A DNA stretch of 63,935 nucleotides, filler included, from Octopus bimaculoides (lineage: Eukaryota), in assembly GCF_001194135.2 (NCBI RefSeq). It is 8 parts of 8 records of this genome, joined end to end, with 100 filler letters (N's around TTAATTAATTAA, not from the genome) between each part and the next. Parts side by side here need not be neighbours in the genome. Positions count along the whole stretch, not along the records: positions 31,163 to 50,325 come from NC_069005.1; 7 more parts are not named here. One strand, given 5' to 3'. Below, piece after piece: positions 34,378 through 49,400 of this stretch; within the stretch, counting starts at the first letter, position 1, and each line of letters begins with the position of its first letter. The notes below the pieces were generated by a model. It was not told where the DNA came from, searched no databases, and saw nothing but the letters and a program-made list of their open reading frames with translations. Position numbers and translations under genes: made by a program.

Positions 34378-34480
34378 TGAATTTACTTGTTGCGTTGATT
34401 TCCAGTCGAACTGCTGATAACAATGGGTTTCTAAAGCCACTGCCACCGTTTACCAGCGCCACCTGTAAATACGGCATCTC
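34378..34480 (-). CDS. Candidate internal coding exon of an unidentified host gene
   Basis: Acceptor TTTTGTTTTCCTATTTCAG|G and donor TTCA|GTGAGT (alternative ACAA|GTAAAT). The segment is GC-elevated, non-repetitive, and has one frame open throughout: EMPYLQVALVNGGSGFRNPLLSAVRLEINATSKF. Confidence 0.35.
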
Positions 34481-34819
34481 CTGAAATAGGAAAACAAAAA
34501 ATTTAGATATATTAACTAGAGATTCAGTGATTCAGTGGTTGTGTTTCGTGTTATTAAGGTAACAAACAAAATTAATTTAATGTTTATAAACAAGTGGCTT
34601 AACGAGAAGTTAATTTAAGCATGCTGTAGGGTTTTTTTTTCGAAAATCACAACTTTGAGAATAAAAAGTGAAACTCAAAATGACCAAGAAAAGTGCTACG
34701 AAATATTGGAGATTCTCGTCATGCAAGCGAGATCGATATAAGCAAAGAGGTCTAATTTAAGTGGCGGAAGTGTGCCTATGCTTGGTTGCTTTGGTGCAAA
34801 GGCTAGCAAGGTCATCTGG

Positions 34820-34854
<35 letters not shown>

Positions 34855-35190
34855 GGAATGTATAGGAATGTATGTATGCATGTTTTTTTTCTTCTTTAAA
34901 GTACTTGAGAGAGTTCAAGTCGGCTGTTAACAAAACGATACAACTTTTATTTGGTTAAGAGAGTTCCCAGTGTTTGTAAATATGTGGTTATGTCGGTGTG
35001 TTGGTTGATCTGTCGATATGTACACCCAAGTATGTGCATCTATTCAAATTAGAATTTGAAATGGAGGATTTTTGGAATATCTTGCAAATTTTCACTGGAA
35101 CATTACAACAGTCTTGTTGGAGAATCCGTGTCAGTTTCTTTTGTTTGTTTGTATGTATGTATGTATGTATGTATGTATGTATGTATGTAT

Positions 35191-36960
35191 GTTCCACGCC
35201 TTCAGTGCATGAGGTAATGACAGCAACAAGTAAATTGAATCTTGGTAAGGCACCTGGTGAGGATGGTATTTGTGCTGAGGTCCTGCGATTTGGTGGTAAT
35301 CACATCACTATTCCTTCACGAACTTAATGTAATCTGGAGGGATGGTGCAATGCCTAAAGACTGGAAGGATGTAATTATCCTTCCTCTCTATAAAGGAAAG
35401 GCAGCCAGAATAGAGTATAGCAACTACAGAGGTATTGCTCTACTATCAGCTGCTGACAAGGTTCTGGCAAGTATTCTTCTTATCCGCCTGAATAGGTGTC
35501 TTGTAAATGATGTCCTATCTGAATCTCAAAGTGGTTTCCGATCTGGTAGAGGGACAATGGATATGATTTTCACAGCGAGACAGGTGCAGAAGTGCTATGA
35601 ACAGAATATAGATTTTCCTTGAAATTAACCAAGGCCTTTGATACTGTGAATAGGGCGTTCCTATGGAAAATACTTGGCAAACTTGGATGTCCGGATCACT
35701 TTGTATCAATAATCAAATCATTTCATGATGAGATGGAGGCTCGGGTCAATGTTGGCGGTGGTATGGTGGGACCTATTTCTGTAGGGAATGGTGTCAAGTA
35801 GGGTGACATCCTTGCCCCTACTCTTTTTTCTCTGTACTTTGCTGCTTCTCTTACTCATGCTTTTGCTGTGGACAGTTTTCCTGGGATATATGTTAGGTAT
35901 CAATCTTCTCGCCATTTTTTAACCTGCGTCGATTTGCTGCCAATTGAAAAAGCTTTCCAGTCTCTTATTTAGGATCTCCTTTATGCAGATGACTGTGACT
36001 TAGTCATTCATACAGCGGATGATATGCAAATACTTGTGAATCATATTACTGCTTCTTGCAAAGTATTTGGACTCAACATTAGCCTGGACAAGACTGTTAT
36101 AATGTTTCAGCCTGCACCAGGAAACCCATATGTGGAACTAGCTATCTTGGTTGAAGGAACAATGCTGAAAATGGTAGACAAGTTTGTCTACCTGGGCAGC
36201 AAACTCAGCCGTTCTTACTCCTTGGATGATGAAATATCTTTCAGGCTGCAGAGATCAACTGATTCCTTCAAGTTTCTTGAGTCTCGCGTCTGGTCCCAAC
36301 ATGGCATCCCAAGGCGAACAAAAATTGCTGTGCACCGTGCATGTGTACTGACATCACTCCTTTACTCATGTGAGACATGGACCCTTTAAAATGTCATGTG
36401 AAGATCTTTGAACGCTTCTATCAGAGATATCTGAGACACATTCTGAATGTTGGCTGGACCTTAAAAACTCCAGATATACAGGTCCTGAAGAAAGCCGATG
36501 ATGCACAAACCAAACACCGGTTACGTTGGACTGGATACTTTGTTAGAATGAATGATAAGAGGATCCCTAAACAAATGCTATATGGGGAACTTGTTAGTGG
36601 AAAGCGACTCCGGCAGAAACCAAGACTGTGATTTGAAGACTGTGTAAAGTCCTCATTAAAGGCCTGTGAAATGCGAAAGGCTGACTGGGAGAGCAATGCT
36701 TGTCATCGCTACAAATGGAGGAAATAGGTAAAGAAGGGAGTTGATACCTTTGAAAGAGCACATGTTCTTCATGAAGAATTTGAGCGTGCTGCTCGAAAAC
36801 GCACTGCTTAGTATAATGAATGGGGAAAGCTTGGTTTGCAATGTTTGCAGTCGTGTACGTTTGTCAAGTCACCAACGGAGCCGCAAGTGTAAAGTATAAG
36901 GTAGTCTTGTGCGTACAATGTCCCTTTAGGGACATTGTACGAGTGGACGGCCATCATCAT
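35191..36960 (+). mobile_element. 5'-truncated RTE-clade LINE (RT domain to 3' end), degenerate
   Basis: GKAPGEDGICAEVL, PKDWKDVIILPLYKGK...NYRGIALLS, SESQSGFRSGRGTMDMIF, LTKAFDTVNR, LYADD, VDKFVYLGS, LLYSCETWTL, RIPKQMLYGELVSGKR...KPRL, a terminal C..C finger and a (CAT)n tail. Confidence 0.95.
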
Positions 36961-37380
36961 GTATGAATGAATGATTTTTCTTTGAATTTTATTTAAGTGC
37001 ATCCTGAGAGAGTTCAAGCAGGTTACTAACAAAGCGGTAAGACTTTTTTTTTAATTGAGAGAGTTCCTGGTGCTTGTAGATATGTGGTTGAGTTGGTTGT
37101 TGGTTGAATTGTCGATGCATACTCCAAGTGTGTGCATTTACTCACATAAGAATCTCACATGGAGAATTTCTGGAATGTCTTACAAATCTTCACTGTGCCA
37201 CTAATTGATTTGATTTGAATTCGCGTCAATTTTTTTTTGCATTTTCTCCGTGAAACCGAGTATTTTTAGTTTGTTATTTTTTGCAAATTTGTAGGTATAA
37301 TGCACCTGTGATGATAAATACAAATGAGAATTCATAGTCAGGGTACAAGAGCTGTGAGTTCCGCATTAATTCGCCATAAA

Positions 37381-37797
37381 TGTTTTCTTTTTCCCGGACT
37401 TTAGATTGTATATTCACATCCGCTGGCTAGCTGGCCTGTACGACAAGATATATAACGCAGTATTCTGTGCTCTAACATAACCTACACTATAAGATGGAGA
37501 TAAAAAATTATCTTCTCACATTCATACTGCTTCTGTTGCTATTAATGTTATATCGTCAGTGACGATATATGATGTGTGTGTGTGTAACTCACAGTACCGA
37601 ATATAACAGTATAACAATAGACAATGTAACGAGTTGGTTATCATATAATCGTTCGCATAATAACACTCCAATGCAGAATCAATAACGAGACTAATGTTTT
37701 CACAGTTCGATCTCAACTGTCAACTGGTTCACCTATTTATAAGACTCGTTCATTCCACTGACAGTCACCTGTGTGGGAATCAGTTCACTCCACAACA
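37381..37797 (-). mobile_element. LTR of a Ty3/Gypsy element
   Basis: Minus strand begins TGTT directly after the PPT AAGGGGAGA, contains TATAAATAG, and ends ...AAAACA (TGTT/AACA inverted termini). Confidence 0.6.
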
Positions 37798-37876
37798 TCT
37801 CCCCTTGTAAACCATACACTTCTCGGAGAGTGTGGGTGTACACATTAATTGTTTTTATTAAAATTTTTCCACCACA

Positions 37877-38520
37877 TCTCCCCTTTAAAAACAAATCAAC
37901 TCCGAACGGAGTTCAATACTTTTTCCTCTTTGGCCCTGGAAATTTCCTCTTTGGCCCTGGAAATTTCCTCTTTGGCCCTGGAAATTTCCTCTTTCTCGTA
38001 CCACTCCGAACTGGTGTGTTAGTTTTATCTGGTACTTCAAACATAGTGTATATAAAATCCATCGTTTCTTCAATTCTTTTATTAATTTCCTCGGTTTCTT
38101 TTTGCGTGTCTTCTGAAATCGAATCCTTGCTCTTTTGCCTTTTTTACCGTATAAATCATTTTTCCAATTCTATTACAAATAATATCGGACTCCCATGATT
38201 GTATTCCATATCTGTGTGTTTTAAAAAGCACTTTTTCATCTGCTTCAAAATTCCTTGGCGTAGCGCTTTGTCATTATTGCTATTCCAAGTGTTTTTTCTT
38301 TGCTTGACAGCAGTTTGTCGAAAATGGACTTAATCTTTCTCGCGAACATTAGTTCGACTGGGGATTTTCCTGATGGTGCGTTTGGGTTTAGACTTCAAGA
38401 GATTTTATTAATGCCAGGTTATCAATCCTTCCGTTATTCGCTTTTCTTAATGCCCTCTTGAACGTGTCTACAAAAACCGATCCGCTTGACCAATTAACCG
38501 TGGGTGATACGGTGGCGTGG
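37877..38520 (-). mobile_element. Ty3/Gypsy integrase C-terminal relic plus polypurine tract
   Basis: TPPYHPRLIGQADRF-VDTFKRALRKA, PNAPSGKSPVELMFARKIKSIFDKL and FEADEKVLFK...W...I..RIGKMIYTV (YHP.SNGQAER and GPY/F-like motifs), followed by PPT AAAGGGGAGA|TG. Confidence 0.85.
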
Positions 38521-38539
38521 TTATATGATCAATTTTGAA

Positions 38540-38917
38540 CATCTTTTATTTGTTTCAGTCATTTGACTGTGGTCATGCTGGAGCACTGCCTTTAGTCGAA
38601 GAAATCGACTCTAAGACTCACTCTTTGTATTCTAACGGTCTCTTTTGCCGAATCGTTAAGTTACGGGGACGTAAACACACCAACATCGGTTGTCAAGCGA
38701 TAGTGGAGGACACACACATAGACACACAAACACATACATACATACATCTATATATATAGTCGATGGGCTTCTTTCAGTTTCCATCTACCAAATCCACTCA
38801 CAAGGCTTTGGTCAGCCCGAGGCTATAGTAGAAGACCCTTGCCCAAGGTGCCATGTAGTGGGACTGAACCTGGAACCATGTGGTTGGGAAGCAAGATACT
38901 TACCACACAGCCACGCC
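38540..38917 (-). mobile_element. SINE family A, full length
   Basis: Reverse complement match; it truncates the Gypsy relic. Confidence 0.85.
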
Positions 38918-39286
38918 TAGAAATCTCTGAAATGAGATCCTGTAAACTGTTTCATTATCGGACTCAATTGTATCCGGTATACCATATCGACCAAGTATCT
39001 CATGGAGGAAATCAATTATTGCAGAGGCCATTTTGTGTAGCTATCTAGTACTTTAAGAAAATAGTTTCCATATAGTAATTCTTCACTGCTTTGAAGAATT
39101 TTTAATCGAACGAACCGATGATAATACTTATTTTAAAGCCAAGTAATATTCTACCGGTCTTTTGCCGAACCGCTACATTACGGGGACGTAAACACATTAA
39201 TATCGATTGTAAGCGGTGTTGAGGGACAAACAGACACGCACTCACACACACACACACACACACACACGCATACACACACACACACG

Positions 39287-39328
<42 letters not shown>

Positions 39329-39384
39329 TACATGCATACATATATATATGTGTATGTGTGTATGTGTAAGTGTCTGTGACATTT

Positions 39385-40910
39385 TAATAGTACACATAAA
39401 ACAAATTGATGTAGTTGTATACTCAACATACCGTCCACCAAATACCTCAAAGCAGGAGGGTAAATTTGAGGATACCCTCAGACGCATAGAAGAGGTCTTG
39501 ACAAATCTGGACCAATACATCAATATACTTTTCCTAGGCGACTTTAACCTCCCAAATGTAAAATGGCCTGAAGGTCACATCCTCTCTGGGATGTCATTGC
39601 ATGAACAAAGCCAGGCAAAATCTTTGTTAGAACTCTCCAACATGCTGTTCATGGAACAAGTGATACTCCAACCAACCAGGGGAAACAATATTTTAGATCT
39701 CTGCTTCACAAACAATGTGAGCCTAATCCATAATGTGAAAGTAACACCTACATCTCTTTCAGATCATAACATTATAGAATTAACAATGTATGGACATAGA
39801 CAACCCACTGACATCCACCCCATCAGGAGGACTCAAGCCATATCCAACCTGAATTTCCACATGGCGGACTGGAAGTCAATTCGCAAAGAGATTCGAGATC
39901 AAAACTGGCATGACAGCTTTTCTATACAAGACAATGACCTCAAACTAAGTCATTTTATGTCAACCATACAAGACATATGCGCCAAATATGTGCCAAAAAG
40001 AAAGGCCAGCAAACATGCCAATAGAATTCCTAGAGACAGGAAAATCCTTATGAGACACAGAATAAAGGTCTCAAAACAGCTGAATAGAGAACTGGAGGAT
40101 ATGAATAGGGCTAAATTAAAACTAACACTGTTAGAAATAGAAAACAAAATTAAACTCACCCATGAAAAGGAGAGAGCAGAGAACGAGAAGAGATCAGTAG
40201 AAAGCATAAAAACAAACCCCAAGGCTTTCTATAGATTTGCAAAGGAGACTGCCACGGCACAGTACAAAATAAGAACCCCTATTCCTGCCTAATGGCTCAC
40301 TGACTGTGGACCCCAAATAGATAAGTGTAGTGTTCAGTGCGCAATTCAAGAATGTTTTCACTTCTCCTCTGAGTCACATGCAGATAAAGAACCCAGCTGA
40401 TTTCTTTGACAATATCACTCAGCAGAAAAAGACTGCATCCATTACCTACATTGACATTAAAGAGGAAGATGGAATAGCGGCCATAAACGAAATGAGCTCA
40501 AATTCGGCAACTGACCCCGATGGTTTCCCAGNNNNNNNNNNTGACTGGGTCCTGAAGCAGCTACTTGACCATTCAAATGTTGATGTGATATATCTCGACT
40601 TTGCAAAGGCCTTTGACAAAGTTGATCATGGCATGATATGTCACAAGCTGCGAAACCTTAGCATAGCTGGTAAATTAGGAGAATGGCTGCATGACTTCCT
40701 AAATGGTAGAAGTCAGACAGTTGCAGCCAATAGAGAATCATTTAGGGAAACGCAAATATTGAGCGGTGTTCCACAAGGAACTGTCCTGAAGCCACTACTG
40801 TTCATAGTACCCTTCTGGACATGCCCATTGTCACTGGGACAGCCATTGTCACTAACTACGCTGATGACACAAAACTATCTCAGGCAATAAAGAATCCTGA
40901 TGATGTCATA
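39385..40910 (+). mobile_element. CR1/Jockey-group LINE relic (APE, tether and partial RT)
   Basis: VVVYSTYRPPN...ILFLGDFNLPNVKW...QPTRGNNILDLCFTN...SDHNII (APE), then IYLDFAKAFDKVDH...SGVPQGTVL.PLLFI...YADDTKL (RT). The element is internally deleted or gapped. Confidence 0.9.
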
Positions 40911-41258
40911 AGCTTGGGATCACTGCTGCTCTAAATCTCTTAAACATTAACGTCATTGACTGGTTGAAATTACCCAAATATGAAAACTTTAACACGAAAT
41001 AACTTCTAAAATACGAAATTTTGTCAAAAACGTTCAGAGTAAACCGTGTTCTATGTGAGAAATTCTACAAGTATTCGAAGTTTCAAAGTGTTTAGTTAAT
41101 AAAAATTAATTAAAAAATCTGTGATTGAGATGGAATAGATCCCTCTGCGTAAATTATTTTCTAGTATTTTCCAACTCTTATGCATGCCTCGGTATTATTA
41201 GATTTTATCAGTGAAACATAGCCTAATCGTTGTTGTATATCTTAGATGACTAGAGAGA

Positions 41259-42086
41259 TATTCAAGGTGGCCCAAAAGTTGTGCGTCTATTTACTATGGT
41301 GAGTCAAAAGTGTGAGCCCAAACTGGTAATTTATTTGATTTATTTGCCTAGTTACAACAAAAGCAGGTAGAGGAGGTCATCATGTTGTACATCCCGAAGT
41401 CACCTTACTGTCAGTTCTTTGATCCCACCAGTTCTTGTCCTTCGATGCGAAGAATTCCTTCACTGAAGTTTCCACATCCTTTTCGTTGAAGAAGCGTCGT
41501 GAGAGCAGAAAGTGAGCCATGGATCGGAATAAGTAATTACCCGAGAGAGCTAGGTCCTCACTATATGCTGGATATGGCATCAGTTCGATTCCCTCAAGTT
41601 CCTAGGTCGTTCGAGCAGTTATCTTGCTGCAGAAGAGTGAACTTACTGTTAACCAATTCCGGATATTCTTGCCGCTCAGTGTCATACATCCATGAGATGC
41701 CGAGCTCGCCTGCTACTCTTCGAGTGCTATTCGCTGGATTTGCGTCTATGACTTGAAACCCGAGCGAAATTTCTTGAGCCATCTGATTACTGTATTGTAG
41801 CAGCACCCTTTGCACAAGAAATGTTTTTGGTTGCTTCTGCGTTGTTATGGTCATGTTCAGAATCGTAATGCAAGTTCCCGAATTAGTCTACATTGCACGT
41901 TCATCTGTGTGGCTTTCAAATCACATACGGAGTGAAGCAATGCACAACATATCAGCGTACCAACAACCATGATACTACCAACCTCAGCAAGTGCCTTCCA
42001 CGGCTTGAACCGCTTCGGTCACGTGATATAAATGCCGCTAACTAGCAACTATGCAAATATTGCAAAACTTTTGGCTCGCCTGAATC
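41259..42086 (-). mobile_element. mariner deletion derivative with both TIRs
   Basis: Ends TATTCAAGGTGGCCCAAAAGTTGTGC / GCAAAACTTTTGGCTCGCCTGAAT. Internal NPANSTRRVAGELGIS (HTH) and PYPAYSEDLALSGNYLFRSMAHFL...VKEFFASKDK (YSPDLAPSDY region). Confidence 0.8.
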
Positions 42087-42664
42087 ATATACTTTTATTT
42101 GTGAATAAAGAATGGTGGCGTTATAAAGTGATGGAATGAGTGGAATTAAATACTTATGGGTTTCTGTTGTAAAAAGCAAACAACAACTTAATTTTAAAGG
42201 GCACGGGTGTACATGATATAACACACCAATGTATTTGATTTATCTAAGATGACAGAAACAGTCATTGTTTTATCGATTACTAATTCTAGCAAAAATAAAG
42301 TGGCAGAAATAATATATTATTTCGTTTGAGTTTACGATAGATAACTGAAGTTCGCTCATACCGTACTTGTTGAGGTGTTATAGATTTAATCATCAGCCCC
42401 TCGCTTCAAACTTAATATACAGAACTGTATGCTTTTTTGAAGGTGAGAGAAGGATGGGAGAATGAAGGAAAGAGTGAAAATAGTTGCTAAAAGTAAAAAA
42501 ACAAACAAAAAAAAAACGATTTATAGATGCCATTAGGATGATAATAAGATAATAATTACATGGATTAAAATGTGTGGAACATTACAAGATATAAATGAAA
42601 TGAAAATCAAGTAATACAAGGTGCAGTCATTGTTATAACTAATGATAAGAAGCGACTAATATTT

Positions 42665-42830
42665 TATGCTTCTCTTTTATGTTCTAGATTCAAGTGCCGC
42701 CAAGGTCTGCTTTGCCTTTCATTCTTTCAAAGTCGATAAAATAAGTACCAGTTGAACATTAGGTCCGATGTAATTGACTAGTCTCCTTCCCAACAAAATT
42801 TCAGGCCTTGTGCCTATAGCAGAAAAAAAA
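42665..42830 (+). mobile_element. SINE family B, 5'-truncated
   Basis: Core and the tail AAAATTTCAGGCCTTGTGCCTATAG. Confidence 0.75.
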
Positions 42831-43779
42831 TTTTTATGCTTTTCTCTGTCTCTAATTTTATGCATCATCTAAAAGTTTTCTTAAATTTTATTCCAGTGAG
42901 CTTTTCAACATACCCACCAATTACTGGGTGCTTGTTTAAGGAAGTCAATAAATATGTGTCCAATAATACCATATAATTTGAAGTCTCCTATTAAATTCAT
43001 TGTTACAATTGGAGCGTGGAAAATGGCCTATTTAGATTTAATGTTCGAAGAAGGAATGTTACACCTAAATAAAAGGCAGAACATACAACTGTCCTCCTGT
43101 AGATCTTAACTGAACGGCCCCAAACTCTCACCCAAAGGCTTCCTCAAAAAGAAAAGGACAACCTATCCTAGCATTATAGTGTACATTATTTAATCATTTG
43201 ATTAAAGGTGCCGCCAAATATATTGGAGTTTACTTTTTGTAATCTATTGTAAATGTATGAAATGTAACATCCCCTCCACTGTTACACTGAAAATTAAGAG
43301 GAAGCTTTTATGCGGCTGTTTCATTTGTAAGAAATAGCAGCCAAATCTCTCCAAAATAACGTTTTACATTCTAAAAAAAAGCATAATTTATAATGTAATC
43401 CTGAAAAACGAAGACAAAAATGGCAAGACCAAGATTGTAATAGCATTGAATGATCGAACAGGTTACATCAAAGGAATAGAAAACAACAGCAATTTGTAGA
43501 TGGCATGAATGCTAAAAACATCATGTGTAAATAGACATCTTGCCCTGTAACTTCAAGAACCGCACATGAAATCCCACAGAACAAGCCAAATCATATTTGA
43601 AAGATAAAATGACTGGGATGTATCCAAGGTAGTGATATGAGTAAATTGAGATAAAGTGCTATAGAGTTAAGCTCATTTGTAATGGACTTATATATTTCGC
43701 CCTAAAATATAATACTAAATCCATCAACACTACTCATAATTATAAACACATCACAAAAAGGAAACTACGTATTTTTAAT

Positions 43780-43988
43780 TCTAAAATGGCAGAGGAAAAG
43801 GCTAAGATTGTATTTTAGGTTTGGTAGAGGAAAATTGCTATAGGCTAAGGTGAGTGAGTGATAGTCAAAGGCGACGAACTGCAGGTGAACTTGGACTTCT
43901 AACCTGTTATTTTTTGAGGTCTCTGGGTGAGACTTGGAGTCAACTTGTACAAATACAAAGCAACAGCCAAACAGATAATAAAAATTAA

Positions 43989-43990
<2 letters not shown>
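43780..43990 (+). mobile_element. Short element with a Dong-like 3' end followed by (AAT)n
   Basis: Its 3' ~75 bp match positions 11-72. Confidence 0.5.
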
Positions 43991-46450
<2,460 letters not shown>

Positions 46451-46489
46451 TAATGACGAAAAATAATAGTGGTGATGACGATGGTGACG

Positions 46490-49400
46490 AACGTTACCTT
46501 ACCTCAGTTTATGAGAGACAGGAACTTCCTAAGAACTCTGTTTGTAGCAACGGAAATTAAGCTGGACCTTTAAGAGAATGCCTATCGCTCGGCAGTGGAT
46601 TAATAAAGATGCAAACTGACCACAGCTGTCATCCTAATACAGCATCAGCAGATAATAGAGCAAAGAGGAGGAAGTGGACCAGCGAAGAAAACAGGATAGT
46701 GATACAGTGCTACTTAGAAAGTGAACCTAAAAGAAGGGGCTATAGGTAGTGGGCAGCGATTTTCTTCACTACTTCAGAGAGTGACGACCCTGCCTGACAT
46801 GAGTCCCGGGCTCAGCTGGCTCTGGCTGACAGTACCCGGTATGGATCCCTATCCAGGGTTACGGAAAGGAGACTACCTTCAAAGAATTCCGGAGTGGAGC
46901 CCCGTAGGCGGTTTAGTGTTCGACTCGACACTCTTCCGACAGCTCCTGCAACCAAGCTGGTGCCAAACGTAATGCTCTGCACTCCTTTGGACTACGTCAG
47001 CAAGGTCGAGAGAGGAATCCTGACGATTGGGCTACCCAGGATTTTCTTACATCTAGCCCAGGCCTGTGCAAAACTGGAGAGGACATGAAATGTAAAAAAA
47101 CAGACGGGATTAGTTTATGCACAACTCCATTGTCTCCCGAGACAAAAGGATGCCAACAACAACAGTAGAAAATGGATGTTAACTTTGGGTATGTTTAAAG
47201 TGACTGAGCAGAGACTAAATCAAGTTAATGCTATCAGTTAAAGCTATTAGGAGAAGTTAATGCCATTAGGAGAAGAAAGTGGGTGACAGAATTGGAGGTA
47301 GAAGAGATCATAAGAGTAAGCAGCGGGAAAGACAAACAACAACATAAGAGATACAGCTCAAACCAAAAATAATAATAGCGCTATCAATAAGGAAGGGACA
47401 ACTGGCACCAACGACTTAAGTGACTGAAGTGAGGAAGATCAGAAGATTTTAGATGAGTTGCAAGAAATAATGAGTAAAGAAGTAAGAAAAAGATTGCCAG
47501 CATTAAAAGACACTAACAGATGGAAGCTACTATGAAACTAGATTCTGTTAGCAGTCGGATAGATACTAAAAATATAGAAGACACAAACTTACTGATCTAT
47601 GCAGGAGGGGTAGTAGTCACCAGAATGTTAGATATCTCACAGGGAAAGACTAAAAAAGAGTAAATATGAAAAAGGAGACAACAAAATAAAGTGAAGACTT
47701 TAAGACACGATCTGAGAATAGAAACCTGGAAAGCAAACAAGTTAGGAAACACAAGGTGTAAATCTTGCCACTAGGAAAGATACTTAGTCAAAGAGAAAGG
47801 ATTTAGGACAATAATAGAAGAGTAGAAACAGCGCATCATAGCAGTAACAGGCAAGCTCTTCAGAAATCAGAAAAGAATAGATCATTATCAACAGAATAGA
47901 TTATTTGAGGCAGACCAGAGGAGACTTTATAACCAAATAAATAGTGGAAAACGAAGTACTGAAGATGAAAAACATCAGAGGAAGCTAGAAAGTTCTGGCG
48001 TAATATTATCCCAAGTATTAGGGATAAATCAGTCAATCATAATGGAGATGCAGTATTGTTAAAAAAAGTGAGGGAAGAAACAGCTTGATCTAAGATTAAC
48101 TAATGCATTAATGGCTAAAGTGTTAGGAAAAATGCCGAATTGGAAGGGCCCAAGACCAGGTTTAGTTCAAGGATACTGGCTAAAGAAATTCAGTAGTTTA
48201 CATGGGAGGCTGAAGGAACAATTTCAGGATTGTCTTTATGGAGGAATAATACTAGACTGGATTTCTAGAGGGAGGATAATGCTCATCATGAAAGATAAGA
48301 GCAAGAGTAATACAGCTAGCAACTACAGACCAATCACTTGCTTACCATTAGTGTGGAAGCTGTTAACAGGAATGCTTTCAGAAAGCATTTACGAGCACCT
48401 TGACAATCAAAATTTACTGCCAGAAGAACTGAAAGGTTACAGGAAGAAGGCTAGAAGAACGCATGATCTATCATATATAGACAAAGCAGTTCTAAATGAA
48501 GTAAAAGCTAGAAAGAAAAATCTAGCAATAGCATGGATAGATTATAGGAAAGCCTAATGACATGATCCTACACTCATGGATAAGTAAATATTTGAGTATG
48601 TTAAGTATAGCAGACAACATAAGAGAATTAATTAGCTTTAGCACGAAGAAATGGAAAGTACATCTCTCTCTTAGGAAAAGTTAATATCAAAAGAGGAATT
48701 TTCCATGGGGACGCGTTGTCCTCTTTAATATTTGTCTTAAGTTTGATCTTCCTCAGTTTAGTATTAAGGAAAGCAAAAGCAGGGTATCAGTTCAGAAATA
48801 GTAAGGGAAAAATTAACCATTATTCTACATGGATGACCTGAAGCTTTTTTGTAAAAATGAAAAAGAGACAGACTCCTTAAGACAGACTGTCAGACTCTTC
48901 AGCAAAGATATAGGCATGGAATTTGGTCATGAGAAGAGGACAGGTAGTAAACAGCAAAGGCAAACAATTACCAGATGGCTAGACATTAAAATCATTGAAA
49001 AGAGGAGAGAGCTATACGTTTCTAGGAGTATTAGAATCTGACAAAAATGAAAACGAATTTTGAGAAGGAGTACATCAGAAGGGTGAGGAAGCTAATGAAG
49101 TCAAACCTAAACAGTTTGAATCTAGTGAAGGCTGTAAATACTTGTGCAGTTATCGTTACTTAGATACTCAGCAGCTTTTGTAGATTGGACAAAAACTGAA
49201 TTAGCAAAGCTAGACAGAAGAATTAGGAAGGAATTCAATATGAATGGAGGACTCCACCCAAGGGCAGGGGTAGCAAGATTATACCTACCTAGAAAGGAAG
49301 GTGGAAGAGGGTTACTATCAGCAGAAGACTGCATGGAGTAGATATAGACTCCTATGTAGGTAATAGTGAAGAAAGTTTATTAAAAGTTGCTAGACTCACA

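Noticed and set aside
39216-39385. His/Thr-rich N-terminus of the 358-aa ORF
   Set aside because: A (CA)n microsatellite that happens to be in frame with the CR1 endonuclease remnant; not a real fusion protein.
42042-42110. Cadherin-like KVYDSGEP motif in a short minus-strand ORF
   Set aside because: It overlaps the mariner terminal inverted repeat and lacks other cadherin motifs or splice sites.
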